A stretch of 64,000 nucleotides of DNA from a virus. Below are positions 10,301 through 18,996 of the stretch, in pieces. Every line of letters begins with the position of its first letter. Within the stretch, counting starts at the first letter, position 1. The stretch covers positions 1 through 64,000 of IMG/VR virus record IMGVR_UViG_3300035670_000028; one strand, 5' to 3'. Position numbers and translations under genes: made by a program. A model generated the notes under the pieces. The model saw nothing but the letters and a program-made list of their open reading frames with translations. It searched no databases and was not told the origin of the DNA.

Positions 10301-10440
10301 TCTGCGACGATACAAATAACACAACTCTTGACGTAGAGGCCAATAGAATGAATGGAAGAATCGTTCTTGTGCCAACACGTGTTGTAGAGTTCATCTCCAT
10401 CGACTTCATCATCACAAATAGCGGCGTGTCGTTCGAGTGA
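7330..10440 (+). CDS. Tail sheath protein 1
   Basis: SPGFFEQEID..KGPAFVP N-terminus; PWFAPAGFNRG, INPI, FGQKT and RVNVRRLL sheath motifs. Confidence 0.93.
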   Translation: MPEQTFRSPGFFEQEIDLSARAGSTLGIPAGVIGTSKKGPAFVPVTIGTFTDFENRFGTLDPDRFGPYAVNEFLKHRNAVTFVRVLGAGANSTESDLNNTETMGIVKSAGFVLSASATDYSPGAVQFLCASQSLQSGELAGYPVFSDNRSFNERSTTLNDANLVRAVIFTTTGSRIEVLDYNQSYSAPAAGDSLADVGNGSIGEPYFKLVISSSQGASFSYDELNAGIRILTASLNPSSKHYIAKILNTNPDKFQEMQHLLYVDLPVENELATVKSVAILSGTSGTTTSGGDKTTPYRNLFGKFNTRYTTPKTTAIISQPFGTVEYDLFHFETISDGEATNEEYKVSIANIRKSLDPANAYGTFDVQIRRFTDVDTLPEILEVYPACNLNPKSENYIARKIGDKKVHFNFDTTSDTEQRLIVTGKYPNLSTRIRVVMNQAVENQTVPTDALPFGFRGIPVLKTSNSLTDDSLVVLSDRFGVSLGDSATSRLGGITAAVTPLSASILPPLPLRFKVTRGAVNDGTSTAISFIGDPGDNERADNRLYWGVKFERLPLEATVTNAVLNSNVSDVANPLVKGYAKFQGIAKLDTLVTGAAADEFNNNKFTLSRVALYNQLQGGQITDVTGTAREHMLEASYLRNGTPSATDYTINDAVLGANRITMATLVHSASSVFNRFQEFNKFTTMFYGGFDGVNLLDRDNRLLNDRASSSDTGGKAGDTYAGGLGLAGTAVAAMSGKGKDNNVVAAYQVATRLMTDEISSNVNVLAIPGIRDVLVTDFALDAVKKYGMAIYLMDVLNYDVDSNRLFDDSSAKPDVRETSEQFDARAINNNYGASYFPDVFLRDNVANRPVKVPASVAAMGALAFNDKIAYPWFAPAGFNRGALAEVSNVATRLNSEDRDVLYDSRINPIATFPTGGFVIFGQKTLQQAKSALDRVNVRRLLLEVKRLVAGVAKRLLFEQNDATTRAKFLSQVTPLLALIQSQSGIEQFQVVCDDTNNTTLDVEANRMNGRIVLVPTRVVEFISIDFIITNSGVSFE

Positions 10441-10483
10441 TGAATACCTATAGTAAGATCACAGATAATCAGGAGCAAAGATA

Positions 10484-13400
10484 ATGGCTGAGCTGACATT
10501 CAAGAGTCCAGGCGTGAGCACAAGGGAGATCGATCTCAGTGGTCCTGCGAACGTTCTGCCACAGGGAACTCCTGCTGGTGTTATTGGCACCGCGCAGAAG
10601 GGCCGCGCATTCGTTCCGATCACAGTAGCAACATATCAGGACTTCGTCGCTGAGTTCGGTGCTACTGATGGTGAGAAGTTTGGACCACTTGCAATGTATG
10701 AGTGGTTCCAAAACGCCCGGGCAGGAACATATGTGAGGACCCTGGGTGTGGGTGATGGAACAAAGCGGCTAGTTTCAGGAATCAATGCTGGCAAAGTGAA
10801 CTACGCAGGATTCGTTGTAGGCGCTCAGCAGGTTCAAGTAAACGGTCAGATTGGCAGCAATTCGTACGCCGGCATCGATAAAGCAGGTTACAAGGGAGAG
10901 CTTGGAAGGACCTACTTCCTAGGCGCTTTCATGTCAGGAACTTCTGCCTCTCCCATTCTCTCAGACACCAATGTGCAGAAGACATCAGCAGCTGTTCCGA
11001 TTGTTCGCGGCGTTCTAATGGCTGCATCTGGCGTCATTGTCTCACTATCTTCATCCTACTCAACAAATAACGATCCAAGCGACATCTATAAGTCATCTGG
11101 CTCATTCACGTCCAACACTGTGATTGGCGACGCTGGAGCTCACCTAGGCACTGTCAATATCAACAGTGGCAGGTCTGACTTCGTTCTCTTTATGAACGGC
11201 CTCGTTCCCACGGCCCAGTTCTCCAACGTTATAACAGCATCTTTCGATCCCGCCTCCGCTCAGTACTTCCCGAAGGTTCTCAACACTGATCCTTATAGAC
11301 TTGAGTCCGCGGGACACTACCTGTACACAAGCTGGGATGTACATCCATCCTACGCAGTTGTTACCTCGTCGGGCGTTCAGACAGGAACTCCTGCAGGAAC
11401 AGGTCTGGTTGAGGCAGCATTCCTTCTCACGGGAACACAGACATACAACAGCGGTGCCCTCACACTGCCCAATTACGAAGGCTTCGAGTCAAGGTACGCT
11501 ACCGCATTCTCACCCTTCGTAGTTTCTCAGAAGTTTGGTGGCAAGCCTCAGAATCTCTTTAGACTACACTCACTTGATGACGGTTCCTCCGGAAACAGCC
11601 AGTTCAAGATCACAATCGAGAACATCGCTGCCTCCAGAAATGAGAACAGCCCCTACGGTACCTTCGACCTTGTAATTCGGTCCTTTGGCGACACGGATGA
11701 GGATAAGGTCGCGCTGGAGACGTTCCGAGCCCTCTCTCTCGATCCCAACTCCGATCGTTACATCGCACGTGTGGTGGGCGACCAGCACATCTACTACGAC
11801 TTCGATCAGCGGAGAGGCGCTCAGAAGCTTCGCGTCGAGGGGTCCTACCCGAACTCCTCCAAGTACGTGAGAGTGGAAGTGGCGTCCGATGTTGAGAGGC
11901 AGATAATTGACGCGTCAGCGCTTCCAGTCGGATTCCGCGGACCACACTTCCTCCTCACATCCGGAACAAACGCGTCGGGCGCAGCAGCACTCCACGGCTA
12001 TGTGACAGGAACGCTGGATCACGGAGTCGATGTCGCAGACCTTCAGGCCGCGCAGGTCGCACCAATCCCATACCGACTCAACATCGCGAAGGGAACAGGC
12101 CTCAGCAAGAAGGTCAATGCTTCCCTCACGTGGGGCGTTCAGTTTGAGGTTCAGGACAATCTCGCTGATCCGAACGGCACTGTGGGTCCGGACGCATCCC
12201 GTGCATCCTACACCAAGTACTTCCCGATGTACCACACCAACTTCCGCAATGTGATGCTCGGAGACACTGTGGGCCTCGCTGACGACGGTGGCATGGTCCT
12301 TGACTCAGATAAGTTCCAGAACAACCTCTTCTCTCTGGAGAACGTTCAGATTGCGACGGGGTCCACTGATAAGCCCGATGAGAAGGCGTGGGATATTGCC
12401 TCCTACCGAAGGAACGGAGTGAAGCTCACAGCACTCACTGCCTCTGATGGACGCACATTCGACGCAAACAACACGCGCTTCCTCGACCCTATCAAGGACT
12501 TCGACCACGTTCCCTCGAGGAAGTACCTCAAGTTCTCCTTCTTCATGCAGGGAGGATTCGACGGTGTCAACATCTTCGATCGCCAGAAGTCCAAGCTCAC
12601 TGATATCGCGGTTCGCCGTGAGATCGACAATATCGCGCAGGGCGGAATTGAGGGACCCACAGTCAACGCCTACAGGAAGGCGATCGATGTTATGTCCGAG
12701 AAGTCCGACGTCGACATTCAGCTCCTCGCCATCCCAGGAATTCGACACTACAGCGTGATGGACTACGCGGTCGACGCTGTGGAGAGCCGCTTCGACGCCC
12801 TCCTCCTGATGGACGTCGAGGAGCGCGATCAGTTCAACGAGCCCATGACAGGCTCCTCCGTGCAGATGCCCTCCGTCTTCAACACGGTCAACCGCATGGC
12901 GGACCGCAACATGGACACCTCCTTCGCTGCGGCGTACTACCCCGACGTCGTGATGCAGGATCCAGGCACCCTCACAAACATTGTGGTTCCTCCCACGGTC
13001 CCCGTCCTCGGCGCCTTCGCGCTGAACGACACAGTCGCCTACCCCTGGTTCGCTCCCGCTGGCTTCACACGCGGCGCGATGCCACGGGTCCTAGAGACTC
13101 AGGTGAAGCTCAACAGGGCGAACCTCGATGACCTCTACGAGGTGGACATCAACCCGCTCACATCCTTCGCCGACTCCAACGGTGTCGTGGTGTTCGGACA
13201 GAAGACCCTCCTCGCTGCACAGAGCGCGCTTGATCGGGTCAACGTTCGCCGCCTCCTCATTGAGATCCGCCGGCGCGTGCGCCGCGTCGCGAACACGATC
13301 CTCTTCGAGCCTAATCGTGAGTCCACCCTCTCCCGCTTCTCCGCTGCCGTGACACCCATCATGCAGCAGATTCAGGCGCAGCGCGGCCTCGATCGGTACA

Positions 13401-13543
13401 AGGTGCAGATCGACACCACAACGACCACCGCGGCCGACGTGGAGAACAACACGATCCGCGGCAAGATCTACCTCCAGCCCACGCGGTCCCTGGAGTTCGT
13501 CTCCCTCGACTTCGTGGTCACAAATCAGGGCGCGACAGTTTGA
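10484..13543 (+). CDS. Tail sheath protein 2
   Basis: SPGVSTREID; PWFAPAGFTRG, FGQKT and RVNVRRLL motifs; preceded by ATACCTA at 10444. Confidence 0.93.
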   Translation: MAELTFKSPGVSTREIDLSGPANVLPQGTPAGVIGTAQKGRAFVPITVATYQDFVAEFGATDGEKFGPLAMYEWFQNARAGTYVRTLGVGDGTKRLVSGINAGKVNYAGFVVGAQQVQVNGQIGSNSYAGIDKAGYKGELGRTYFLGAFMSGTSASPILSDTNVQKTSAAVPIVRGVLMAASGVIVSLSSSYSTNNDPSDIYKSSGSFTSNTVIGDAGAHLGTVNINSGRSDFVLFMNGLVPTAQFSNVITASFDPASAQYFPKVLNTDPYRLESAGHYLYTSWDVHPSYAVVTSSGVQTGTPAGTGLVEAAFLLTGTQTYNSGALTLPNYEGFESRYATAFSPFVVSQKFGGKPQNLFRLHSLDDGSSGNSQFKITIENIAASRNENSPYGTFDLVIRSFGDTDEDKVALETFRALSLDPNSDRYIARVVGDQHIYYDFDQRRGAQKLRVEGSYPNSSKYVRVEVASDVERQIIDASALPVGFRGPHFLLTSGTNASGAAALHGYVTGTLDHGVDVADLQAAQVAPIPYRLNIAKGTGLSKKVNASLTWGVQFEVQDNLADPNGTVGPDASRASYTKYFPMYHTNFRNVMLGDTVGLADDGGMVLDSDKFQNNLFSLENVQIATGSTDKPDEKAWDIASYRRNGVKLTALTASDGRTFDANNTRFLDPIKDFDHVPSRKYLKFSFFMQGGFDGVNIFDRQKSKLTDIAVRREIDNIAQGGIEGPTVNAYRKAIDVMSEKSDVDIQLLAIPGIRHYSVMDYAVDAVESRFDALLLMDVEERDQFNEPMTGSSVQMPSVFNTVNRMADRNMDTSFAAAYYPDVVMQDPGTLTNIVVPPTVPVLGAFALNDTVAYPWFAPAGFTRGAMPRVLETQVKLNRANLDDLYEVDINPLTSFADSNGVVVFGQKTLLAAQSALDRVNVRRLLIEIRRRVRRVANTILFEPNRESTLSRFSAAVTPIMQQIQAQRGLDRYKVQIDTTTTTAADVENNTIRGKIYLQPTRSLEFVSLDFVVTNQGATV

Positions 13544-13572
13544 TCGCGCGCAGATAAAAGGTAATTGATCGC

Positions 13573-13606
13573 TCAAACGGGGACTTGCGTCCCCGTTTGA
13601 TTTTAT
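13573..13606 (+). terminator. Rho-independent terminator (possibly bidirectional)
   Basis: 12-bp stem TCAAACGGGGAC-TTGC-GTCCCCGTTTGA followed by TTTTAT, between convergent genes. Confidence 0.8.
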
Positions 13607-13621
13607 AGACGCTGATTATCT

Positions 13622-15274
13622 TTAGACATCTAGCGTTAGAAGAAGATTAGGGCATCCCCAGATCTTTACTACGCCGTGCAAGTCTGCGACCTGCTGCTCG
13701 GTGAGATTCTGTTCTGAGTCAGCTCGGATCTTAAACCTATCAATCCTTACGCGCCCATCCGTCCACCAGAATCGGTTTGGAGTCGTGGCCACGTGCTGCC
13801 ATCCTGACTTGATGTATCCATCACCGCTGCCCCACCGAGTGTCGACATATGTCATGAGCTTCGAGGCTCCCACCTCTTTCGCATGCTTTCTTGCAGCGGA
13901 TGTGAGTCGTCCGAGTCCACCCACAACATTGGTCGCGAGCCGTGTGCTGTACCTGGCTATCTCGAGGTGGTCAACAAACTTCTTGTGAAGAGGCCTCCGA
14001 AGGGACATGCACGCCACTAGATTACCGTCTCTATCCTGCAACCCAAAGCATGCAGAGGACTTCACGTCTCCGTCTATGTGAGTCTCGTTGAAGAACGCCC
14101 TCTTCTGCGCAGGATCGACTCTAACAACTGTGCACTCCCTAGCTCCGATTGACCGCCTGGACATACCTGTCTTGTGAGCAATAATCGACTCACATATTGC
14201 CCGCTTATCCCTCCACTCATCCTCGAACACGTGAATGAGCCGCACACCGACCTCCTGACACATCCGTGATTTATTAGAGTGGTAGTTCTTACTCTTGAAC
14301 AGCGCGCTGTGAAAGTAGAGTCCATTGTACTCTATGCCAATCCGTTTCTCAGGAATGATGACGTCTATCTCGTACGGGGAGATGATGGATCTGTCAGACA
14401 TGGAGGTCTTAAGCCCCATGAACCTGATATACCTCTCAACCTCCACCTGCGCCTGGGATCCTGCCGGAGAGCAAGTGCCGCATCGACCGGATGATGCCTC
14501 TATCAGGCTCTTCACAGAAACATTGTCACACTTTACACACCGAAACTTAAGATTCTTGACCCGGTCACGCACGTAGTCTGCTGGATCGCTCTCGAGCACT
14601 AGCGTGCCCTCTGACGCTGACAGACGCTTGAGGATCTCATCAGTAGAGAGACGCTTAAGTGCGTCCAATCGACTGCGCACCTCCTCACGTCTAAGGGTGC
14701 GAGACACTGTCTGACTCATCGACAACACCCTCTCGTCTGTCTCCTTTGTGAGCCCTTTGGCCCACGGCACGTACCGACCGGAAGTGTATCCTTCTATCAG
14801 GTTATTACGGCACTTCTCGATCGTCTCAGACGTCTCGTGCGTGCTGCCCTTATTCCACGCAGACCGCTCTCCTGACTCGAACTGCCGAGACACTGTCTTG
14901 CTCCTCGTCTGCGCTCCGCGAGCGAGAGCCTCAGAAGTCTCTTTATTGAGGCCTCGAGACCATCCCACCCGGCCTGTAAGCTTCGCTCTTCTCTCTGATG
15001 ATATTCTACCCGCCTCATCTTCTCCGTAGGCAGAGTAGATGCTCCCATTATGTCCTAGGACGAACTTTGAGTAGCCCTTGTTCCACCCATAGAATGTAGG
15101 AACCTCATCGCACGCGTTGCACCCGCACCGAGGCTTTAGTCCGTTCAGCTTGAGAGCGACATAGGCTGCCTCCACGCTCTCGAACCCGTGCGCAGACATG
15201 TGCTCCTCAAAAGGCGCCGCCCTTCCAGACGTGTACTCACACATGGGGCACGCAAAACGCTTGCTAGATTTCAT
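13622..15274 (-). CDS. Hef-like/PD-(D/E)XK homing endonuclease with Zn fingers, NUMOD-like repeats and a C-terminal GNAT-like domain
   Basis: EIDV..IGIEYNGLYFHS and IHVFEDEW; WNKG/WAKG repeats; CxxC motifs. The only credible minus-strand gene; MKSSKR start chosen. Confidence 0.7.
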   Translation of the reverse strand: MKSSKRFACPMCEYTSGRAAPFEEHMSAHGFESVEAAYVALKLNGLKPRCGCNACDEVPTFYGWNKGYSKFVLGHNGSIYSAYGEDEAGRISSERRAKLTGRVGWSRGLNKETSEALARGAQTRSKTVSRQFESGERSAWNKGSTHETSETIEKCRNNLIEGYTSGRYVPWAKGLTKETDERVLSMSQTVSRTLRREEVRSRLDALKRLSTDEILKRLSASEGTLVLESDPADYVRDRVKNLKFRCVKCDNVSVKSLIEASSGRCGTCSPAGSQAQVEVERYIRFMGLKTSMSDRSIISPYEIDVIIPEKRIGIEYNGLYFHSALFKSKNYHSNKSRMCQEVGVRLIHVFEDEWRDKRAICESIIAHKTGMSRRSIGARECTVVRVDPAQKRAFFNETHIDGDVKSSACFGLQDRDGNLVACMSLRRPLHKKFVDHLEIARYSTRLATNVVGGLGRLTSAARKHAKEVGASKLMTYVDTRWGSGDGYIKSGWQHVATTPNRFWWTDGRVRIDRFKIRADSEQNLTEQQVADLHGVVKIWGCPNLLLTLDV

Positions 15275-15281
15275 AAACCTA

Positions 15282-15308
15282 ACTATACATGCACCTACCT
15301 CGTTTACA
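15282..15308 (-). promoter_or_regulatory. Sigma70-like promoter (TGTAAA-N15-TATAGT)
   Basis: The -10 box ends 7 nt before the ATG at 15274. Confidence 0.45.
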
Positions 15309-15337
15309 TCATATGGCTGTGACAGGAGGCGCAATAG

Positions 15338-15344
15338 ATATTTA
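15338..15344 (+). promoter_or_regulatory. ATATTTA putative late promoter
   Basis: Variant of the ATACTTA motif, upstream of the tail tube gene. Confidence 0.5.
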
Positions 15345-15409
15345 GATTCACACTGCTAGCCTAGTCAATTAAAGACCGGGCAAGAGATAAACAGTAGAAG
15401 GAGAAACAA

Positions 15410-15898
15410 ATGGCAGATACACTTTCAGTCTCAGAGATGCTACCAAATAAATTCGAACCGAAGCGTAAGTTCCGGTGGGTCTTCGCAATCGAGGGAATCG
15501 ACTCATTCCTCATGAAGACGGCAGCCCGCCCCACGATCAACACCGCGGAGCAGGAGGTTCCCTTCATCAACTCAACGCGCTACCTCGCGGGAAAGACGAA
15601 GTTCGACGCGATCACAGTGACCCTGTACGATCCGATCGCACCGTCAGGCGCGCAGCAGGTGATGGAGTGGGTGCGCACTCACTTCGAGTCAGTCTCAGGC
15701 CGCGCCGGCTACGCCGACTTCTACAAGCGCGACTGCCAGCTCAAGATGCTCGACCCCGTGGGCACGGTCGTTGAGCTCTGGGACCTGAAGGGCTGCTTCC
15801 TCACGGCGGCGCAGTTCGGCGACCTCGACTACGGCGCAGAGGACCCAACCGAGATCTCGCTCACGATCCGGTTTGACAATTGCGTACTTCAGTTTTGA
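15410..15898 (+). CDS. Tail tube protein (gp19-like)
   Basis: FEPKRKFRW, TLYDPIAPSGAQQVMEW, GYADFYK and DPVGTVVELW motifs; strong RBS. Confidence 0.9.
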   Translation: MADTLSVSEMLPNKFEPKRKFRWVFAIEGIDSFLMKTAARPTINTAEQEVPFINSTRYLAGKTKFDAITVTLYDPIAPSGAQQVMEWVRTHFESVSGRAGYADFYKRDCQLKMLDPVGTVVELWDLKGCFLTAAQFGDLDYGAEDPTEISLTIRFDNCVLQF

Positions 15899-15920
15899 CC
15901 TAATACTTCGACAATCGCGT

Positions 15921-15965
15921 TTTACAATCGCTCCTTGGAGGTTACAATTCCTTCAAGGAGCGATT
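15921..15965 (+). promoter_or_regulatory. Sigma70-like promoter embedded in an RBS-sequestering hairpin
   Basis: TTTACA-N16-TACAAT; 16-bp stem AATCGCTCCTTGGAGG / CCTTCAAGGAGCGATT covers the AAGGAG RBS. Confidence 0.65.
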
Positions 15966-15969
15966 CAGT

Positions 15970-16758
15970 ATGCACTGTCCGAAATGCGACTACCATGTCG
16001 AAAGCATCAACTCACTTAGAATCCATGCTGCCAAGCAGCACTGCCTTCCGTCCGAGGAACTGTACCTAGCAGTTGTCTCCGGAGGCATCAAGCCCACGTG
16101 CAAGTGCGGCTGTGGAGAGACAACATCGTTCATCAGTCTTCAGAAGGGCTACAACGAGTTCATTCAGGGGCACGCCGCGCGTGTCAACAACAACTGGGGA
16201 CACAATGCGGCAGCGCGCGAGAAGAGCCTCAAGAAGCGCCGAGACGAGGGTCTGTGGAGCAAGGACCCTTGGAACCGAGGCAAGACAAAGGAGACAGATG
16301 CGAGACTTGCCCGTGCCGGTGAGACAATGAGTCTCAAGAACGGAGAGAGATACGCCAAGCTCATGAGTAAGAATCGAAGAGAGGGCGTCATCCCATCGCT
16401 CAGGGGAGTCAGACACCCTAAGTGGAAAGGCGGCACCTCCGCCCTCGGCGCCATGTGCCACGGCGACAGTCGCCTCTACAAGCAGTGGAAGCTGCCTAAG
16501 CTTCAGGCCGCCGGCTTCAAGTGCACCCGGTGCGGATCGGACAGGCACCTCCACGTCCACCACGACGGTGTACGAATGGCGGTCATCATCGGCTCCTACC
16601 GTGACCAGCTGCCGGAGGGTGAGCTCACTCACGAGCAGAAGTTGTGGGTGGTGGACAGGGTGGTGGAGCACCACGAGAGGGAGGCAGTGTCCGGCGTCGT
16701 CCTATGCGAGCAGTGCCACGAGGCGGAGCACGAGAGTCTCAATTTTAGCTGCGCGTGA
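15970..16758 (+). CDS. HNH homing endonuclease with C2H2 finger and NUMOD3-like repeats
   Basis: CPKC..H..H; KPTCKCGCG; PWNRGKTKE; HPKWKGG; CTRC..LHVHH..LCEQCH. Confidence 0.8.
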   Translation: MHCPKCDYHVESINSLRIHAAKQHCLPSEELYLAVVSGGIKPTCKCGCGETTSFISLQKGYNEFIQGHAARVNNNWGHNAAAREKSLKKRRDEGLWSKDPWNRGKTKETDARLARAGETMSLKNGERYAKLMSKNRREGVIPSLRGVRHPKWKGGTSALGAMCHGDSRLYKQWKLPKLQAAGFKCTRCGSDRHLHVHHDGVRMAVIIGSYRDQLPEGELTHEQKLWVVDRVVEHHEREAVSGVVLCEQCHEAEHESLNFSCA

Positions 16759-16850
16759 CTCCCGGTGACACACGGAGACACTCTCTCACTCGATCCAACC
16801 GTAAACCCATCCCCAATCCCGGTGTCACGTGCAGTCTCCTGCGGAAGCCC

Positions 16851-16857
16851 ATACTTA
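16851..16857 (+). promoter_or_regulatory. ATACTTA putative late promoter
   Basis: Upstream of leader gene 16901. Confidence 0.55.
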
Positions 16858-16900
16858 TTGGCAGCGCCGATTGAGCGTGTAGACCACAGGAGACAACGTC

Positions 16901-17251
16901 ATGAGGATCACAGAGGGACAGCTTCGCAGGATCATTCGCCAGGAGAGGGCGAGGCTTAATGAATCATACGCGTCTGAGGGAACCGGTTCAACGCTCCTCG
17001 ACTTCGCGCATGCGTACGCTTCTCTCGGGCGCGCAGTCTCCGAGCAGGTCGAGTCGGTCGTTAGCGCTCACATCAACAGCAACGGAGACGTCAACGACGT
17101 GGTGTTCCAGGATGCAGTGTACGGCGTCAACCCCAACGCGATGGCAATGGCGCTTGAGAAGCTTGGACCCATCCTCAGGCGTGGCTACCTCGGTGACGAG
17201 GGTGACTACATCCTCGAGGCGCTGGACGCTGCAGCCCACACCGGCGGGTGA
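16901..17251 (+). CDS. Leader-bearing putative head-internal protein
   Basis: MRITEGQLRRIIRQERARLNE leader; AGGAG RBS. Confidence 0.8.
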   Translation: MRITEGQLRRIIRQERARLNESYASEGTGSTLLDFAHAYASLGRAVSEQVESVVSAHINSNGDVNDVVFQDAVYGVNPNAMAMALEKLGPILRRGYLGDEGDYILEALDAAAHTGG

Positions 17252-17733
17252 GACACGTGAGGTCCACGCATCCCATAAAAAAGTATGGTGGATCCCGCGA
17301 GGGCCTCATAATTCCGCGTCGAAAGGATGAGGCGCTACTTCGTCAATTAGTCAGAGAGGTTCTTATTTCTGAGGCGCCGGAATCCAAAGATGAGAAGCCT
17401 CCTCCTCCACAGACGGGCCCTGATGTGAAGGGGAGCCCTGTTGCGCAGGCTGCTGAGAAGCGCCTGGACGCATTTCCGTCCATAAACTCTGTTCTCAAGA
17501 ACATCAGCACTGCCAAGGACCTCCGTGCGCTCGTTCAGAACATCCTCGACAAAGTGGGTGAGAGCGGCAAGATAACACAGGCCGAGATGCAGGGTGCTCT
17601 ATCCAAGACGCTTGCAGCGTCAAGGAAGGCCGCAGTCGAGAAGAAGAAGCAGGAAAAGGAGGCTGCCGACCGCGAGGCAGCTGCTGCTGAAGCCCAATCG
17701 CCATCTGAAACATCTCCTGCAAGGTCATCTTAG
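17248..17733 (+). CDS. Hypothetical protein with leader-like segment (start uncertain)
   Basis: Contains EALLRQLVREVLISE near its N-terminus. Confidence 0.55.
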   Translation: MRHVRSTHPIKKYGGSREGLIIPRRKDEALLRQLVREVLISEAPESKDEKPPPPQTGPDVKGSPVAQAAEKRLDAFPSINSVLKNISTAKDLRALVQNILDKVGESGKITQAEMQGALSKTLAASRKAAVEKKKQEKEAADREAAAAEAQSPSETSPARSS

Positions 17734-17750
17734 CTTTAGAATTCTCCTGT

Positions 17751-17778
17751 TTTACAGTCACATTTACCTCTGTAGATT
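17751..17778 (+). promoter_or_regulatory. Sigma70-like promoter (TTTACA-N16-TAGATT)
   Basis: Same spacing as the other copies; upstream of 17808. Confidence 0.5.
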
Positions 17779-17807
17779 TGTACAACCGCACATCTACAGG
17801 AGCTTAA

Positions 17808-18674
17808 ATGTCAGAAGAGGAATTTACTAGAGCAGAGAGAAACGAAGTTTTCACGGCAGCAGACGCTGCTCGAGCAGGAATTCCTGTTCGAAATGTGATG
17901 AAGGACGACTTCAACTTTGAGGTGCCAGTTGAGTCAGTTCCACTTCCATCGCTTGGTGTCGTGTACGGTACTGACTCACCCCTCTTCAGGCAGGAGACAG
18001 TCGACATCAGGGCAATGACAGCGAAGGAGGAGGACATTCTCACCTCTCGTGCCCTCATCAAGAAGGGCACAGTCATCACACACCTACTGCGGTCCTGTAT
18101 GATCAACAAGCAGGTCGATCCTGATGAGATGCTCACAGGCGATCGTAACGCGATCATGACTGCTGTCCGAATCACAGGCTACGGTTCAGACTACAACGTC
18201 GAGGTTGAGTGTCCTGCGTGCAGTGAGAGGTCCAAGCAGAAGTTTGATCTCGCCTCTCTTCCAATCAAGCGTCTCAATATTCAGCCTGTTGCTGAGGGCG
18301 CGAACCTCTTTGATTTCACACTTCCAGTTTCCAAGAAGCGTGTGCGTTTTAAGTTCCTCACAGGCGCAGATGAGGCTGAGCTCGCTGTCATGCAGGAGCG
18401 CAAGAAGAAGCAGGGATCGTCTGCCGACAATCTCGTGACACAGCGACTCATGTTTGCGATCCAGTCGATCGACAATGTCACGGATAAGTCAAAGATTGCT
18501 ACGTTCTGCCGCAACATGCCTGCACGCGACTCTCTCGAGCTTAGACGCCACATTGACAACAATGAGCCTGGCGTCGAGATGAAGTCTTGGATGGACTGCC
18601 CATCCTGCCTCGAGCACTCGGAAGTGAGGCTGCCAATCGGCGCCGCCTTCTTTTGGCCTGACTCCGACAGATAA
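17808..18674 (+). CDS. Baseplate-hub/tail assembly chaperone (gp26-like)
   Basis: VPLPSLG..Y, MTAKEEDILTS, GDRNAIM..RITGYG, CxxC pairs, ends FFWP; lies just upstream of the tape measure gene. Confidence 0.8.
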   Translation: MSEEEFTRAERNEVFTAADAARAGIPVRNVMKDDFNFEVPVESVPLPSLGVVYGTDSPLFRQETVDIRAMTAKEEDILTSRALIKKGTVITHLLRSCMINKQVDPDEMLTGDRNAIMTAVRITGYGSDYNVEVECPACSERSKQKFDLASLPIKRLNIQPVAEGANLFDFTLPVSKKRVRFKFLTGADEAELAVMQERKKKQGSSADNLVTQRLMFAIQSIDNVTDKSKIATFCRNMPARDSLELRRHIDNNEPGVEMKSWMDCPSCLEHSEVRLPIGAAFFWPDSDR

Positions 18675-18909
18675 AGAGATCTTCCTGGAGGTGATCTTCC
18701 TCCTGATGTACTACACAGGCTTCTCCTACGCCGAGGCATACAATCTGCCAATTTGGCAGAGGACGTGGTTCATCAACAGAATCAACAAGGAGATGAAGGC
18801 ATCCCAGGGCCAGAACTCTAGGGCAGCTCACGCCAACACGCCTGATGCTCGAGCGATGATGTCGCGCGCTCGGGCACAGGTGCCCTCAAAACTGAGGCGC
18901 TTCACGTAA
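18652..18909 (+). CDS. Tail chaperone extension (gp51-like), probably expressed by +1 frameshift
   Basis: The frame is open from TTT at 18652 (FGLTPTDKEIFLEVIFLLMYYTGFSYAEAYNLPIWQR). The GTG at 18691 lacks a properly spaced RBS. Confidence 0.65.
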   Translation, partial: FGLTPTDKEIFLEVIFLLMYYTGFSYAEAYNLPIWQRTWFINRINKEMKASQGQNSRAAHANTPDARAMMSRARAQVPSKLRRFT

Positions 18910-18921
18910 ACTGTGTGGGAC

Positions 18922-18928
18922 ATACTTA
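18922..18928 (+). promoter_or_regulatory. ATACTTA putative late promoter
   Basis: Intergenic, upstream of 18997. Confidence 0.5.
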
Positions 18929-18996
18929 GCTGCTGAGCTATGTCTCTCGATGAACTTTCAATGACAGGACGTTCACGACACACTGAGGAGTGATAA

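Noticed and set aside
16755-16830. Short TCCCGGTG direct repeat and GTGACAC/GTGTCAC inverted repeat after the HNH gene
   Set aside because: Only 7-8 bp long, which is compatible with chance; no supporting structure.
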